Positions 35,644 to 45,565 of a stretch of DNA of 58,242 nucleotides are shown here, piece after piece. The notes under the pieces are model-generated. The model made no database searches and was not told the DNA's origin. It saw nothing but the letters and a program-made list of their open reading frames with translations. Origin of the DNA: an uncultured Gammaproteobacteria bacterium. GTDB taxonomy: Bacteria > Patescibacteriota > Microgenomatia > JAMCZE01. Each line of letters starts with the position of its first letter. The stretch's first letter is position 1. A program made the position numbers and the translations under genes. The DNA lies in assembly GCA_964431075.1 (NCBI GenBank), contig CAYSID010000002.1, positions 1 to 58,242 of the forward strand, in the 5' to 3' direction.

Positions 35644-36084
35644 TCATTTTTTACAAGTATTCCATAAACCCAATTTATTTTCTCTCGCGTATTTTTCAGA
35701 TTCCAAAAATTGCCCGGCGAATTTGACATCGGGAGGATAAGTGGCAACGTTGGCAAAACCCTGTTTAACCAGCTCGTCATTAACAAAAACATCCCCGACA
35801 TAAACATAGCGGAGCCGTCGGCCGTATTTATCCTCGTTGGAAATGTCCTTTTCTAATTTTACCGTTTTAAGCTCAACCAACTCTTTATTTTTTTTGGTTG
35901 CTTCGTCTCCAAAGCAGGTTTTGACTTCCGGCGTGTTGACGCCAAGATAACGAACTTTTTCTCCGGTAATAAGTTCGATTGTGTCCCCGTCAATGACCCG
36001 TTTTGTAAAGTTTATTTCGAGATTATTTTTCGCCGGAAATAACAAATTTATTGTCAGAATAATTATCAAAAATAAATCATTCAT
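35644..36084 (-). CDS. thermonuclease (staphylococcal nuclease, SNase) family protein
   Basis: VIDGDTIEL...VRYLGVNTPE...GDEATKKNKELV...DKYGRRLRYVYV...NDELVKQGFA. The SNase catalytic scaffold is present, with an N-terminal signal/TM. Confidence 0.85.
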   Translation of the reverse strand: MNDLFLIIILTINLLFPAKNNLEINFTKRVIDGDTIELITGEKVRYLGVNTPEVKTCFGDEATKKNKELVELKTVKLEKDISNEDKYGRRLRYVYVGDVFVNDELVKQGFANVATYPPDVKFAGQFLESEKYARENKLGLWNTCKK

Positions 36085-37502
36085 TGTTTAATTATTACTC
36101 CCTCGACAAAACCGGCGGGATTGCGAAATATAACCGATTGCGGCGTAATGATATTTTTTATTTTTTCGATATTGTCCTCATTTATTAAATAAGCCGAAAC
36201 GGCGCTGGCAGTCGTGACTTTAACATTTTTACTAAGAAAAAAATGTCGCTGTTCGCTCTCATCCATACTGATATTTTCATATTTAATGTCGTTGATATAA
36301 CCAATCATATTTAACAAAGTTTGTTTGTTGATCTGCCAGTTGTAACGATACCAGTGCGGGTTGAGATTTTGTTGATTAAAATACCAAAAAAGATTTAATA
36401 AACAAATAACTGCCGTGATTATTATTGCTAATTTATATTCAAATTTTGATACTGCAATTGTCGCAAAAAAAATAACCGGTATTAAAAAGCCGGAAACGCG
36501 CAGGGCGTTGGGATGGCCCAAGCCATAATAATGAAATTCCGGGATTTGTTCGATGGAAAAAATATCGGAAAATAAGGCGGCCAGGCAAAACATAAGTATG
36601 GACCAAAAAAATTGACGTTTGGTTTTGAAAATTATTACCGCTCCGGCTAAAAATAAAATGGAAGTTAAAGGATCAAAAACCGGGACTCCGGCGGGATTTT
36701 TGCCCGGATTGGGATCACCGGTTATGCCAAACATCGTCAATGTCCGCCAGGTGCTGCCGGCGATTTCTTTTATCACTTCTTCTCGCGGCAATTTGCGGCC
36801 GAAGACGGAGATGTCTGCTGACCGGGAAAAGAAGGGTTCGGGATTTTGGATTGCAAAAACGCCTAACGGCAAAAGAATAATTATCGTTGTGATAAAAACT
36901 ATAAAAGTTAATTTGAAATTTTTAAGTAACAGATAAGTGGCGGGAATGGCGGCAAGAAAAAATAGCCGGAAATTTAAATAAGTGTAAAGACCTGCTCCCA
37001 AAGCCGCCCCGGCAAAAATTAGATGATAAGACTTTTTAGTTTTAAGAAACAAAAACACAAACAGTAAAAATGCCAGCTGGCAAAAAGTGGAAGCGGGGGG
37101 TTCGTAGGCCAGGCGATTTAAAACAATTGAAGTATAGGACGTTGCCCAAATTGCGGCTCCCAAAACGCTTTTAAGTTTATCTAAAAATAATCTTAGCAAA
37201 AAGTAAAACAGGACGGTATTTAAAGCGCCAATAATTATTATTGGCAAGCGAATCGCGGTTGGGGTGCGACCAAATAATTCGATACTTGCTCCGGCTAAAT
37301 ATAAAAGCGGCGTCGGGTGGCCATAATCGCCTAAAAATGGCGTCAAAGTTTTTGATTCCCAAAGGGCTACTGCCTTTCGTCCCAATGTTACTTCGTCTCC
37401 GTACATCCCCGGAGGGATTTCTTCAACGCGGTATAAATTAATAATTAAACTTACAACAAAAAATACAACCGCAATCACAAAATCTTTTTTCAAAAACCCC
37501 AT
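36081..37502 (-). CDS. GT39/ArnT-like membrane glycosyltransferase
   Basis: 473 aa with more than 10 TM segments. The first loop carries GMYGDE (DE-type motif), typical of GT-C family dolichyl/undecaprenyl-phosphate-sugar transferases. Confidence 0.7.
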   Translation of the reverse strand: MGFLKKDFVIAVVFFVVSLIINLYRVEEIPPGMYGDEVTLGRKAVALWESKTLTPFLGDYGHPTPLLYLAGASIELFGRTPTAIRLPIIIIGALNTVLFYFLLRLFLDKLKSVLGAAIWATSYTSIVLNRLAYEPPASTFCQLAFLLFVFLFLKTKKSYHLIFAGAALGAGLYTYLNFRLFFLAAIPATYLLLKNFKLTFIVFITTIIILLPLGVFAIQNPEPFFSRSADISVFGRKLPREEVIKEIAGSTWRTLTMFGITGDPNPGKNPAGVPVFDPLTSILFLAGAVIIFKTKRQFFWSILMFCLAALFSDIFSIEQIPEFHYYGLGHPNALRVSGFLIPVIFFATIAVSKFEYKLAIIITAVICLLNLFWYFNQQNLNPHWYRYNWQINKQTLLNMIGYINDIKYENISMDESEQRHFFLSKNVKVTTASAVSAYLINEDNIEKIKNIITPQSVIFRNPAGFVEGVIIKQ

Positions 37503-37519
37503 GAATTAATGATAGCAGA

Positions 37520-38080
37520 TTAGTTCGCTCTTGAGACATAAGAACCATCGGCGGTGGAGACGAGAATTTTTTCGCCTTCTTTAATAAACAGCGGGGCCTG
37601 GACTTTAAGTCCGGTTTCAACAGTAATTTCTTTTTTCGGGGCGTTAACCCGGTTGCCGGCCACGGCGTCTTGCGATTCCGTGACGGTCAAAGCGACGTTA
37701 GGCGGCAAAATAATGTCAATTGGTTGATTTTCAAAAAGCAAAACCCAGCATTTTAAATCGGGGATTAAATAAACTTCGCGGCCGGCAAGAACAGCATGGG
37801 AAACGGTTGTTTGTTCATAAGTTTTAACATCGATAAAAACAGCATCTTGACCGTCAAAATAGGAAAAAGCCAATTCCACTTTGTCTATATCCGCTTCTTC
37901 GACGGACTCGGTAGTTTTGTGGGTAAATTCCACCACATTGCCGTTTTTTAAGCTTTTATATTTAACCCGCATGATGGCGGAACCTTTACCGGGGTTCATA
38001 AATTCTTTAGCGGTAACAACACACGGCTCCTCGCGAAATAATAAATACATTCCCTTTTCAATATCTCCGGCATTTATCAT
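37520..38080 (-). CDS. efp: translation elongation factor P
   Basis: 186 aa. MNPGKGSAIMRVKYK contains the conserved PGKG loop lysine. Three beta-barrel domains. Confidence 0.93.
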   Translation of the reverse strand: MINAGDIEKGMYLLFREEPCVVTAKEFMNPGKGSAIMRVKYKSLKNGNVVEFTHKTTESVEEADIDKVELAFSYFDGQDAVFIDVKTYEQTTVSHAVLAGREVYLIPDLKCWVLLFENQPIDIILPPNVALTVTESQDAVAGNRVNAPKKEITVETGLKVQAPLFIKEGEKILVSTADGSYVSRAN

Positions 38081-38084
38081 GGGA

Positions 38085-39128
38085 TTATTTTATCACTCGA
38101 GACTGGTTTTGTCCCCAGTCAAAATTAGAATCGGCAATTATTTGTGAGCCGATTTTATCGCCAATATTAAAATAACTAATCGGGTTATCAACATAGATTG
38201 CCGTCGCCAGATGAAAAATTAATAGCATAGCGACGAGAAAATTAAGTTTAACTCTGCCTGCCATAATGGCCAAAAAGGGGTACATTGGCAGTAGATGACG
38301 GACACCGGTTGAGTACCGGCCAAGAGTAACAATAAAAAAAACGCAAATGGCCGCCAGAAATAAATAGTTTCTCTTGGGGGCAAAAATTAGAAAAATTAAT
38401 AAAGGTGGAGAGGTTTTTATTAAAAAAGATACCAGAGGATAAGAGAACCAACCGTGTCCGGAAATTTGTCCAAAGTAAAACAACCGCCTAGTTTCATCAA
38501 ATTTAGGATTGAAAACAAAACTTGCCGCGTGTTTAAAAGTTTCCGGAAACTGGCCAAAATTACCAAGCCATAAAATTATTAGGAAAACGGCAACATATTT
38601 TATTTTTAGAACCGGTTTTCGGTAGATAAGGCAAAAAATTAAAATCATAGGCAAAAGAGTAATTTTCACACCAGCAGCCATGCCCAGAAAAATCCAGAAC
38701 CGCCAAAAATTGTTGGATAAATAAGAAGTGATTACAAGAAAATAAATCAAGGTCGCGGCCAAATCGGTTGTTACCAAATGGCCGTGAGCTAAAATATTCG
38801 CTTCAAAAGCGAGTAGAAAAACGGCCACAAGGGCCGTTTTTTCATCATAAGTTTTTTTAGTCCAGGTAAAAACGGCAATCAGTAACAATAAAGTTAAAAA
38901 AATAGTAGCGACTCGCGGGTTAATGCCAAGGTAATTAAATGCCGCTGGGAGCATCTTGGCCAGCGGTGGGTTAAACGGATCGGTCGGGGATTTAAATTGC
39001 GTTACCCACTCCACAGCCGATCGTAAATGTAGTGGTTCGTCGACTGTCCATGAGTCCAGCGTTATTGCACGCATCAACAAAACGGCGGATAGAACAATTG
39101 TTAAAAATAATAATAATTTTGGGTTCAC
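38085..39128 (-). CDS. polytopic membrane protein, GT-C (ArnT/PMT)-like
   Basis: 347 aa, multi-TM. N-terminal loop DSWTVDEPLH resembles the DE motif of GT-C glycosyltransferases. Confidence 0.55.
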   Translation of the reverse strand: MNPKLLLFLTIVLSAVLLMRAITLDSWTVDEPLHLRSAVEWVTQFKSPTDPFNPPLAKMLPAAFNYLGINPRVATIFLTLLLLIAVFTWTKKTYDEKTALVAVFLLAFEANILAHGHLVTTDLAATLIYFLVITSYLSNNFWRFWIFLGMAAGVKITLLPMILIFCLIYRKPVLKIKYVAVFLIILWLGNFGQFPETFKHAASFVFNPKFDETRRLFYFGQISGHGWFSYPLVSFLIKTSPPLLIFLIFAPKRNYLFLAAICVFFIVTLGRYSTGVRHLLPMYPFLAIMAGRVKLNFLVAMLLIFHLATAIYVDNPISYFNIGDKIGSQIIADSNFDWGQNQSRVIK

Positions 39129-39176
39129 CGCCGTAATTTACAATGAAACGGGGATAATGTAAAATTAAAACAATAT

Positions 39177-39249
39177 TCCTCTGTAGCTCAGCTGGTAGAG
39201 CGGCTCCCTGTTAAGGAGAAGGTCCGAGGTTCGAGTCCTCGCGGAGGAG
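39177..39249 (+). tRNA. tRNA-Asn (anticodon GUU)
   Basis: TCCTCTG-TA-GCTC-AGCTGGTA-GAGC-G-GCTCC-CTGTTAA-GGAGA-AGGTC-CGAGG-TTCGAGT-CCTCG-CGGAGGA-G. It has the same UCCUCUG 5' end as E. coli tRNA-Asn. Confidence 0.9.
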
Positions 39250-39546
39250 CTGAATTGGTCTTAATCTGACCATGTTGGCGGTCTTTAAGGCATTAAATAT
39301 TGGTGTGGGCTTTGCTTCAACAATTACTTTGTTATCCACAACGAACGGGAATTCTGATAGATTATCGAAACAACCAAGAAAGTCAGGAAAATTTTTCTTT
39401 AATTCTTCTAGCTTTGTGTATTTTGATAAATCTGCCGTTGCTTCATCAACCCAAAATGCATCTACTTCTCCGTCTGAAAAAGACCCGTATTCCTCAAGTG
39501 ATAATAAGTTCGGAATACTATATGTTTTCCTTAGATTAGGTAACAT
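39211..39546 (-). CDS. hypothetical protein (first ORF of the A+T-rich island; 3' end overlaps tRNA-Asn antisense)
   Basis: 111-aa ORF with no motif recognised. The last 13 codons are antisense to the tRNA, so the true end or the reality of the gene is uncertain. Confidence 0.35.
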   Translation of the reverse strand: MLPNLRKTYSIPNLLSLEEYGSFSDGEVDAFWVDEATADLSKYTKLEELKKNFPDFLGCFDNLSEFPFVVDNKVIVEAKPTPIFNALKTANMVRLRPIQLLREDSNLGPSP

Positions 39547-39724
39547 ATTTAGAAACGCGGGTTTATCAAAAAGTAAAGCAAGTTCTTGATAGTTAATATC
39601 CTTACTTGCACGAATATCAATCTTTAATATCGAAGATGGGCTTTATCGTTTTTCTTAATTTTCATAATTCTCAATTTATATTCTACAATAAAACGCCAAT
39701 TGATGTATAATTAAGAATAATTGA

Positions 39725-39937
39725 TTGACTATGAAGAAAGACGAAGTATCGGAACTATTAACTTTAGAAGAAGCTGCTAAAAAATTAAAGGTCAGCGAGC
39801 AGACTTTAAGGCGTTGGGATAACAGCGGCCATTTTAAAGCGGTAAGAGTTGGCACAAGGCGAGGCCTGGGTGATCGAAGATATCGGGTTAAAGACATTGA
39901 AAATTATACTAAGCAAAAAAATACAAAAAAAAGATAA
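39725..39937 (+). CDS. MerR/excisionase-type helix-turn-helix DNA-binding protein
   Basis: 70 aa. LLTLEEAAKKLKVSEQTLRRWDNSGHFKAVRVG...RRYRVKDIENY is the HTH_17/MerR-excisionase pattern. Confidence 0.75.
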   Translation: MTMKKDEVSELLTLEEAAKKLKVSEQTLRRWDNSGHFKAVRVGTRRGLGDRRYRVKDIENYTKQKNTKKR

Positions 39938-39982
39938 TTTACTAACGAGGAAAATAGAAAATTAAGAAAATAAAAGAAAATT

Positions 39983-42205
39983 ATGACAAATCAAAATAAG
40001 GCTTCTTCGGAAGCAGATGCCAGAATTATTGTTGACCGACTGCTTCGGGAAGCGGGCTGGGATATTGAAGACAAAAATCAGGTAACCACCGAGGAATCGA
40101 TTAAAGACGGCAGAGCTGATTATTTACTTCTTGATAGCCGAAGCCGGCCCTTGGCTGTTGTAGAGACAAAAAGGTTTTCCAAAGACCCATATACTGCCAA
40201 AGAACAGGCTGAAAATTATGCTAAAGAACTACTGGCTCCCTTTATCTTCCTTTCCAATGGCACCGATACCTACTTTTGGGATTACAACAAAGCTGATGCC
40301 CGTTTAGTTGATTCTTTTTTCTCCCGTTTTGATTTGGAAAGAATTGCTACTTTAAGAAAGTATCAGAAACCGCTATCTACGATCCCTGTTCTGGATAAGT
40401 TTTTCTTTAAAGGAAATGAGATAACGGTTAGACCTTATCAAAAAGAAGCCCTGCAAACGATAGATAAAGCATTAGGGGAAAATAAACGTCGTTTGTTAGT
40501 CGAAATGGCAACAGGCACAGGCAAGACTTTAGTGGCCGCGATGATGATTAAGAGACTGTTTCAGGCAGGATTGGTAGAAAGGGTTTTGTTTTTAGTTGAT
40601 AGGATTGAACTTGCCAATCAAGCAAAAGAAACTTTCGACGACTATCTTTCTGAATATCCCTCAATTGTTTTATATGGCGGGAAAAGGAGTAAAGAAGGCC
40701 AGATTGTTATTGGCACGCTTCCCACAATCCAATCTCAAATAGACGCTTTTACCAGCGGTTATTTTGATTTGGTAGTTACTGATGAATGTCATCGGTCAAT
40801 TTACAGCGTCTATCGCTCACTCCTTACCCATTTTGATGCCATCCATGTTGGCTTAACTGCTACCCCCAGCAATCTTATCGACAGAAACACCTATGAGTTT
40901 TTTAACTGCTGGAATCCTTTAACCAGAAAGGGAGAACCAACTTTTATCTATGGCATAAGGAAAGGGATAAATGATGGTTATCTGGCTCCTTACAAGGTTT
41001 ATCACGCCAGAAGCAAGATCTCGCTGGAAGGCATCAATTGGCAAGGAGAAGATTACGAACCGCAAGATTTGGAAAGAACGATCACGGTTGAAGACAGAAA
41101 TAAATTGTTTGTTCAGGAGTTTAAGGAAAACGAAGAAAAAAGAGGCGGCGATCATCCCAGAAAAACAATTGTCTTTGCCATCACTAAAAAACATGCGGCT
41201 CAACTGGCAAGATTTTTCAATGAAATGTACCCCGAATACAAAGGTAAGTACGCCGAGATTATTACTACCGATACTTTTGATCCCCAAAGAGCCATTAAAC
41301 GCTTTAAAAAAGAACCTTTACCTGTAATTGCGGTTTCGGTGGCCATGCTTGATACCGGTTTTGATTATCCGGCAGTAGAAAACCTGATGATGTGTCGTCC
41401 TACCCGTTCTCCTACTTTCTACCAGCAAATGAGAGGTCGAGGTTCCCGGCTTTGCCCGCAAGTCGGTAAAAAAGAATTCCTTATTTATGATTTTGTGGGT
41501 AATGCCGAATACTTTAATGATGAGGGTTACGATCCATTTGAGCAAAAGAAAGTTGCTACCAGAATGAAAGTTGAGGAAGTTGAAAAGGAAGAAATAACAG
41601 AAGAACAAATACCGGAAGCTATTGTTAGGCAATTTGTTACTATCCCCTTGGGTCAAGCCCGTGATGAGTGGATAGAAAGAAGATATATCGAGTTTGGACC
41701 GGAAGGAGAAAAAGTTGATGCCAGAGAATACAAAGATAGATTTGCTGAAGAAGTTAAGAAATTGGCTGATACCAATGAGATTGTGATTAAGCTCAGGCAA
41801 AAACAGGATGTAACTGATGATGAAATTCAAGAATTAGGGCAACTTCTCAATCACCCGGAATTCTTTTTCAATGAGAACAATTTAAGGCAAGCCTATGACC
41901 AGCCAACAGGCAATTTAGTTGATTTTGTTAAAAGCGCTTTAGGAATGCATAAGTTCCCCACCAGAGAAGAAAGAGTTAGTAGCGCTTTTGATGCCTGGAT
42001 TATCCAAAAGAATTTTGCTCCTGAACAAGTGCGGGTACTAAGAATGCTTAAGAATCAGTTCTTGGCAGGAAGTAAGGCGGATATTTCAGACTTTAACCGA
42101 CCACCGATTTCTCAATATGGTGGCTTACAGTACGCCATCAAAACTTTTGGTGAGGATGGTTTAAAACAAGTTGTTGATGATTTACAACAAGGAGTATTCA
42201 AATGA
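39983..42205 (+). CDS. hsdR: type I restriction enzyme R subunit (short HsdR with EcoEI-R-like C-terminus)
   Basis: N-terminal PD-(D/E)XK (DGRADYLLL...LAVVETKR). SF2 helicase Walker A EMATGTGKT, DEAH-like VTDECHRS, motif VI QMRGRGSR. Helical C-terminal domain. Confidence 0.9.
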   Translation: MTNQNKASSEADARIIVDRLLREAGWDIEDKNQVTTEESIKDGRADYLLLDSRSRPLAVVETKRFSKDPYTAKEQAENYAKELLAPFIFLSNGTDTYFWDYNKADARLVDSFFSRFDLERIATLRKYQKPLSTIPVLDKFFFKGNEITVRPYQKEALQTIDKALGENKRRLLVEMATGTGKTLVAAMMIKRLFQAGLVERVLFLVDRIELANQAKETFDDYLSEYPSIVLYGGKRSKEGQIVIGTLPTIQSQIDAFTSGYFDLVVTDECHRSIYSVYRSLLTHFDAIHVGLTATPSNLIDRNTYEFFNCWNPLTRKGEPTFIYGIRKGINDGYLAPYKVYHARSKISLEGINWQGEDYEPQDLERTITVEDRNKLFVQEFKENEEKRGGDHPRKTIVFAITKKHAAQLARFFNEMYPEYKGKYAEIITTDTFDPQRAIKRFKKEPLPVIAVSVAMLDTGFDYPAVENLMMCRPTRSPTFYQQMRGRGSRLCPQVGKKEFLIYDFVGNAEYFNDEGYDPFEQKKVATRMKVEEVEKEEITEEQIPEAIVRQFVTIPLGQARDEWIERRYIEFGPEGEKVDAREYKDRFAEEVKKLADTNEIVIKLRQKQDVTDDEIQELGQLLNHPEFFFNENNLRQAYDQPTGNLVDFVKSALGMHKFPTREERVSSAFDAWIIQKNFAPEQVRVLRMLKNQFLAGSKADISDFNRPPISQYGGLQYAIKTFGEDGLKQVVDDLQQGVFK

Positions 42206-43716
42206 GTAAAGTTTCAAAACAGGAATTACAGTCAGTTATTAACCAGATTTGCAACAAACTCTGGGCAGCGGGATTAACTAACCCCATTACCTATATTGAA
42301 CAGATTTCCTATTTCTTCTTTTTAAAGATGCTTGAGGAATGGGATAATCAGAAAGCCAATGAATCTAGACTTACCGGGAATAAAAATGGGTATGAATCAA
42401 TCTTTGAAAAGGAAAATGAGAAGTTCCGCTGGAGTGAGTGGACACATATTGCTGACAATACCAGGATGTTTAAATTCGTCCGTGACGAAGTGTTCCCTTT
42501 TATGGCAAACCTGCCCGGAACAAATGAAAATATCAGAAGGTTTTTTGCAGACGCTAGGTTTCAGATCCCTGATGGCGTGGTGCTTCGGGACGTCGTTGAT
42601 AAGCTAAGAGATATTTCTTTTATTGAACTGGACGCTGATGTTAAAGGTGATTTGTATGAATATCTTTTAAACCAGTTAACTACTTCTGGTAAAGCCGGAC
42701 AATTTAGAACTCCCAGACATATTATTCGCACCATAGTTCAATTGGTTAACCCTCAAATTGGAGAAACTGTTTTAGATCCTGCTTGCGGTACTGGTGGCTT
42801 TTTACTTGGAGCTTTTGAATACATAAAAACTTGTAACTCTGATCCCAGCAACACAACCGAATATCAAAATGGCAACGGACAGACAGTAAAAAAAGGCCCT
42901 GGAGATAAACTTTCTCCAACACAATGGCAATTTATGCAAACAGATGCTTTAACCGGATTTGATGTTGATGCTTCCATGGTGAAGATTGCCACCATGAACT
43001 TGATTTTGCATGGCTTGGAAAAATCTCAAATTATCAGACGAGATTCAATTGCGGGCAGTCCTGATGATTGGGATGAGCGAGAATTTGATATTGTACTTTC
43101 CAATCCGCCCTTTGCAGGTACTATTAACAAGGAAAGAGTTAAAAAGAACCTTCCGGTTCAGGCTACAGACACAACGATCCTTTTCCTAGGATTAATGATT
43201 GAAGGATTAAGGCAAGGCGGTAGAGCGGGGGTAGTTGTTAACGAAGGAGTTTTGTTCAACCGCAATAAAGCCGCTAAAGAGTTAAGACGATATTTGATGG
43301 ACAGAAGGAATTTAGTGGCGGTTGTTTCTCTCCCCGGTGGTGTTTTTCAACCATATTCGGGTGTCAAAACCAGTGTTTTGTTTTTCAATAACGATGGCAA
43401 GAAAACAGAAAAGGTTTGGTTTTATGATGTCCGCTTTGATGGTTTTGAATTGGCTACCCAAAGAAGACCATCTCCCGATAAGAACGATTTACCGGATTTG
43501 ATTTCCAAATGGAAAGACAAATCGGATTCAGAAAGAAGCTGGTCAGCCACCACAAAACAAATAGAAGAAAACGACTTTATCCTTTCAGCCTCTGCATACA
43601 GACCGATTACTGAAGATGAAACCCAACACCGAGACCCAAAAGAGATATTTAAGGAAATTAAGGAGTTAAATAAGGAGTCTCAAGAACAGTTAAAGAAAAT
43701 TGAAGAATTTATATGA
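42202..43716 (+). CDS. hsdM: type I restriction-modification N6-adenine DNA methyltransferase subunit
   Basis: HsdM N-terminal domain (LWAAGLTNPITYIEQISYFFFLKML), AdoMet motif I DPACGTGGFL, catalytic motif IV NPPFAG. ATGA overlap with hsdR. Confidence 0.95.
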   Translation: MSKVSKQELQSVINQICNKLWAAGLTNPITYIEQISYFFFLKMLEEWDNQKANESRLTGNKNGYESIFEKENEKFRWSEWTHIADNTRMFKFVRDEVFPFMANLPGTNENIRRFFADARFQIPDGVVLRDVVDKLRDISFIELDADVKGDLYEYLLNQLTTSGKAGQFRTPRHIIRTIVQLVNPQIGETVLDPACGTGGFLLGAFEYIKTCNSDPSNTTEYQNGNGQTVKKGPGDKLSPTQWQFMQTDALTGFDVDASMVKIATMNLILHGLEKSQIIRRDSIAGSPDDWDEREFDIVLSNPPFAGTINKERVKKNLPVQATDTTILFLGLMIEGLRQGGRAGVVVNEGVLFNRNKAAKELRRYLMDRRNLVAVVSLPGGVFQPYSGVKTSVLFFNNDGKKTEKVWFYDVRFDGFELATQRRPSPDKNDLPDLISKWKDKSDSERSWSATTKQIEENDFILSASAYRPITEDETQHRDPKEIFKEIKELNKESQEQLKKIEEFI

Positions 43717-44408
43717 GCTTAAATATTAATTTGATTGATACAATTTTGGCAATTGGTTCCGTCTCTGGATTATTAGTTTTACCTTATACGATTGTTCAAG
43801 CTTCCAAGAAAAGACCTCGGTTAAAATTTGACTTTTCAGGAATGAGTGGAAGCGGAGTAAAAAAAAGTGATGCCGTTGGTGAATATTACCGTTTTGAATT
43901 TTCTGGCACGATCAAAAATCGTTCCACAGAGACAAACTCAATTTCAAAGATTTATCTCGTTGTTTGGGCAGATAATAAAAAAAGAAATTCTGCCCTGAGG
44001 CTTGGTTTTGGCGGGGTTTTATTAGATTCAAGTAAAAATGTATTATCTTTACCTTTAGAATTGCCATCAAGAACAGGTAAAAAGCTGGAAATAATTTTTG
44101 AAATTCCAGTTACGGGCACATCAGACGAAAGACTACTTAAAGAGTTTATTCCTGTCGGTAATAGTGGTCGTTTTTATTTACCTAAGCACAAATATGAGCT
44201 TTGTTTTGAGGACACTGATGAAAACTTCTTTGATCAACAAGGTAGATTAAGAAATTTAAATGAAATTAACCTAAGATGGACTCTCCCCAACACAATAAAA
44301 GAATTACAAAAAGGCAATATTGCTCCGTTTTTAAAACATATGTTTCAGATACAAAAATCAAGAATATTATTTTCTATAAAACGAATTAGTTATCAGATAG
44401 GATTATGA
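43713..44408 (+). CDS. unknown membrane-anchored protein X1, inserted between hsdM and hsdS
   Basis: 231 aa with ATGA overlaps at both ends. N-terminal TM (IDTILAIGSVSGLLVLPYTIV), then a beta-rich domain (YYRFEFSGTIKNRSTETNSISKIYLVVW...LELPSRTGKKLEIIFEIP...YELCFEDTDENFF). No known family recognised. Confidence 0.7.
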   Translation: MSLNINLIDTILAIGSVSGLLVLPYTIVQASKKRPRLKFDFSGMSGSGVKKSDAVGEYYRFEFSGTIKNRSTETNSISKIYLVVWADNKKRNSALRLGFGGVLLDSSKNVLSLPLELPSRTGKKLEIIFEIPVTGTSDERLLKEFIPVGNSGRFYLPKHKYELCFEDTDENFFDQQGRLRNLNEINLRWTLPNTIKELQKGNIAPFLKHMFQIQKSRILFSIKRISYQIGL

Positions 44409-45562
44409 ATACTTGGCAAACTAAAAAATTAGGAGACATTACCGAAATTAATGGAGGAGGAACACCACCCACAAGCAAAACTGAATATTTCAGTGGCGAT
44501 ATACCATGGTTTACTCCTTCTGAAATTACTTCAGGTACAGTTTCAGTACTGAATAACAGTCAAAGACAAATTACAGAAGATGCGATGCGGTTTACAAAAG
44601 TAGCCGAACAAGGAACAGTTTTATTATCAAGCAGGGCAACGATTGGCAATGTTGGGATAGTATCTGATAGGTCAACTTATAACCAAGGAATAAAAGGATT
44701 AACCCCAAAAAAAGAATTAAGCCATTGGTATCTTGCATATTGGTTGTTAGCGAATAAAAAGAGGTTGGAAAGTCAATCTCATGGAACAACATTTAAAGAA
44801 TTGAGTACAACTGCCTTAAAAAAGTTTGATATTTCAGTTCCACCGCTTTCCATTCAACAACAAATAGTTGAGAAAATAAACGCAATCAGAAAATTGCAGG
44901 AATTAAATAATAAGGAAATTGAAAAAGCGGTGGAATTGTTTAAAACACAGCTTTCTAATTGTTTTAAATGGCAAGAGCAATGGAAAAAGATTAAGCTGGC
45001 AGAGATATGTGATGTGAGAGATGGTACGCATGACAGTCCAAAATACCAACCTTCTGGTATTCCACTCATAACATCAAAGAACTTGAAAGAAGATTTAATC
45101 GATTTTACAAATATCAATTACATTTCTGAAAAAGATCACCAACAAATAGTTAAAAGATCGTTTGTAGAGAATGGAGATATTCTTTTTGGGATGATTGGGA
45201 CAATAGGTAATCCCGTTATTGTTGATACTGAAAGAACGTTCAGCATTAAAAATGTCGGGTTAATAAAGTTCCCAAACAGAAAAATAGTTAACAATTTGTT
45301 TGTGAAGTATTTCCTTCAAAGTCCGTCGTTAGAAATAGAAATAAAAAGACTGTCGCGTGGAGGAACACAAAAATTTGTTTCGCTAGGAAATTTAAGAAAT
45401 CTTCTTGTGCCATTACCATCTCTAAAAGAACAGGAAAAAATTGCTATGGAGTTAAACAATATTAGACTTTTCAATTCCAAACTTAATTTAAAAGGGATTA
45501 AATTATCAGAACTTTTTGAAAGTGCTCTAAATAAATTTATGAAGAGAGAACTGATCAATTAA
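44405..45562 (+). CDS. hsdS: type I restriction-modification specificity subunit
   Basis: Two target-recognition domains (GGGTPPTSKTEYFSGDIPWFTPSEI and RDGTHDSPKYQPSGIPLITSKNL). They are separated and followed by the conserved helices PPLSIQQQIVEKI and PLPSLKEQEKIAMEL. Confidence 0.93.
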   Translation: MNTWQTKKLGDITEINGGGTPPTSKTEYFSGDIPWFTPSEITSGTVSVLNNSQRQITEDAMRFTKVAEQGTVLLSSRATIGNVGIVSDRSTYNQGIKGLTPKKELSHWYLAYWLLANKKRLESQSHGTTFKELSTTALKKFDISVPPLSIQQQIVEKINAIRKLQELNNKEIEKAVELFKTQLSNCFKWQEQWKKIKLAEICDVRDGTHDSPKYQPSGIPLITSKNLKEDLIDFTNINYISEKDHQQIVKRSFVENGDILFGMIGTIGNPVIVDTERTFSIKNVGLIKFPNRKIVNNLFVKYFLQSPSLEIEIKRLSRGGTQKFVSLGNLRNLLVPLPSLKEQEKIAMELNNIRLFNSKLNLKGIKLSELFESALNKFMKRELIN

Positions 45563-45565
45563 CCT

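Noticed and set aside
39177-39260. Searched for a duplicated tRNA-Asn 3' segment (attL/attR) at the far end of the island (50.6-51.5 kb).
   Set aside because: No convincing direct repeat was found by eye. The island call therefore rests on composition and gene content only.
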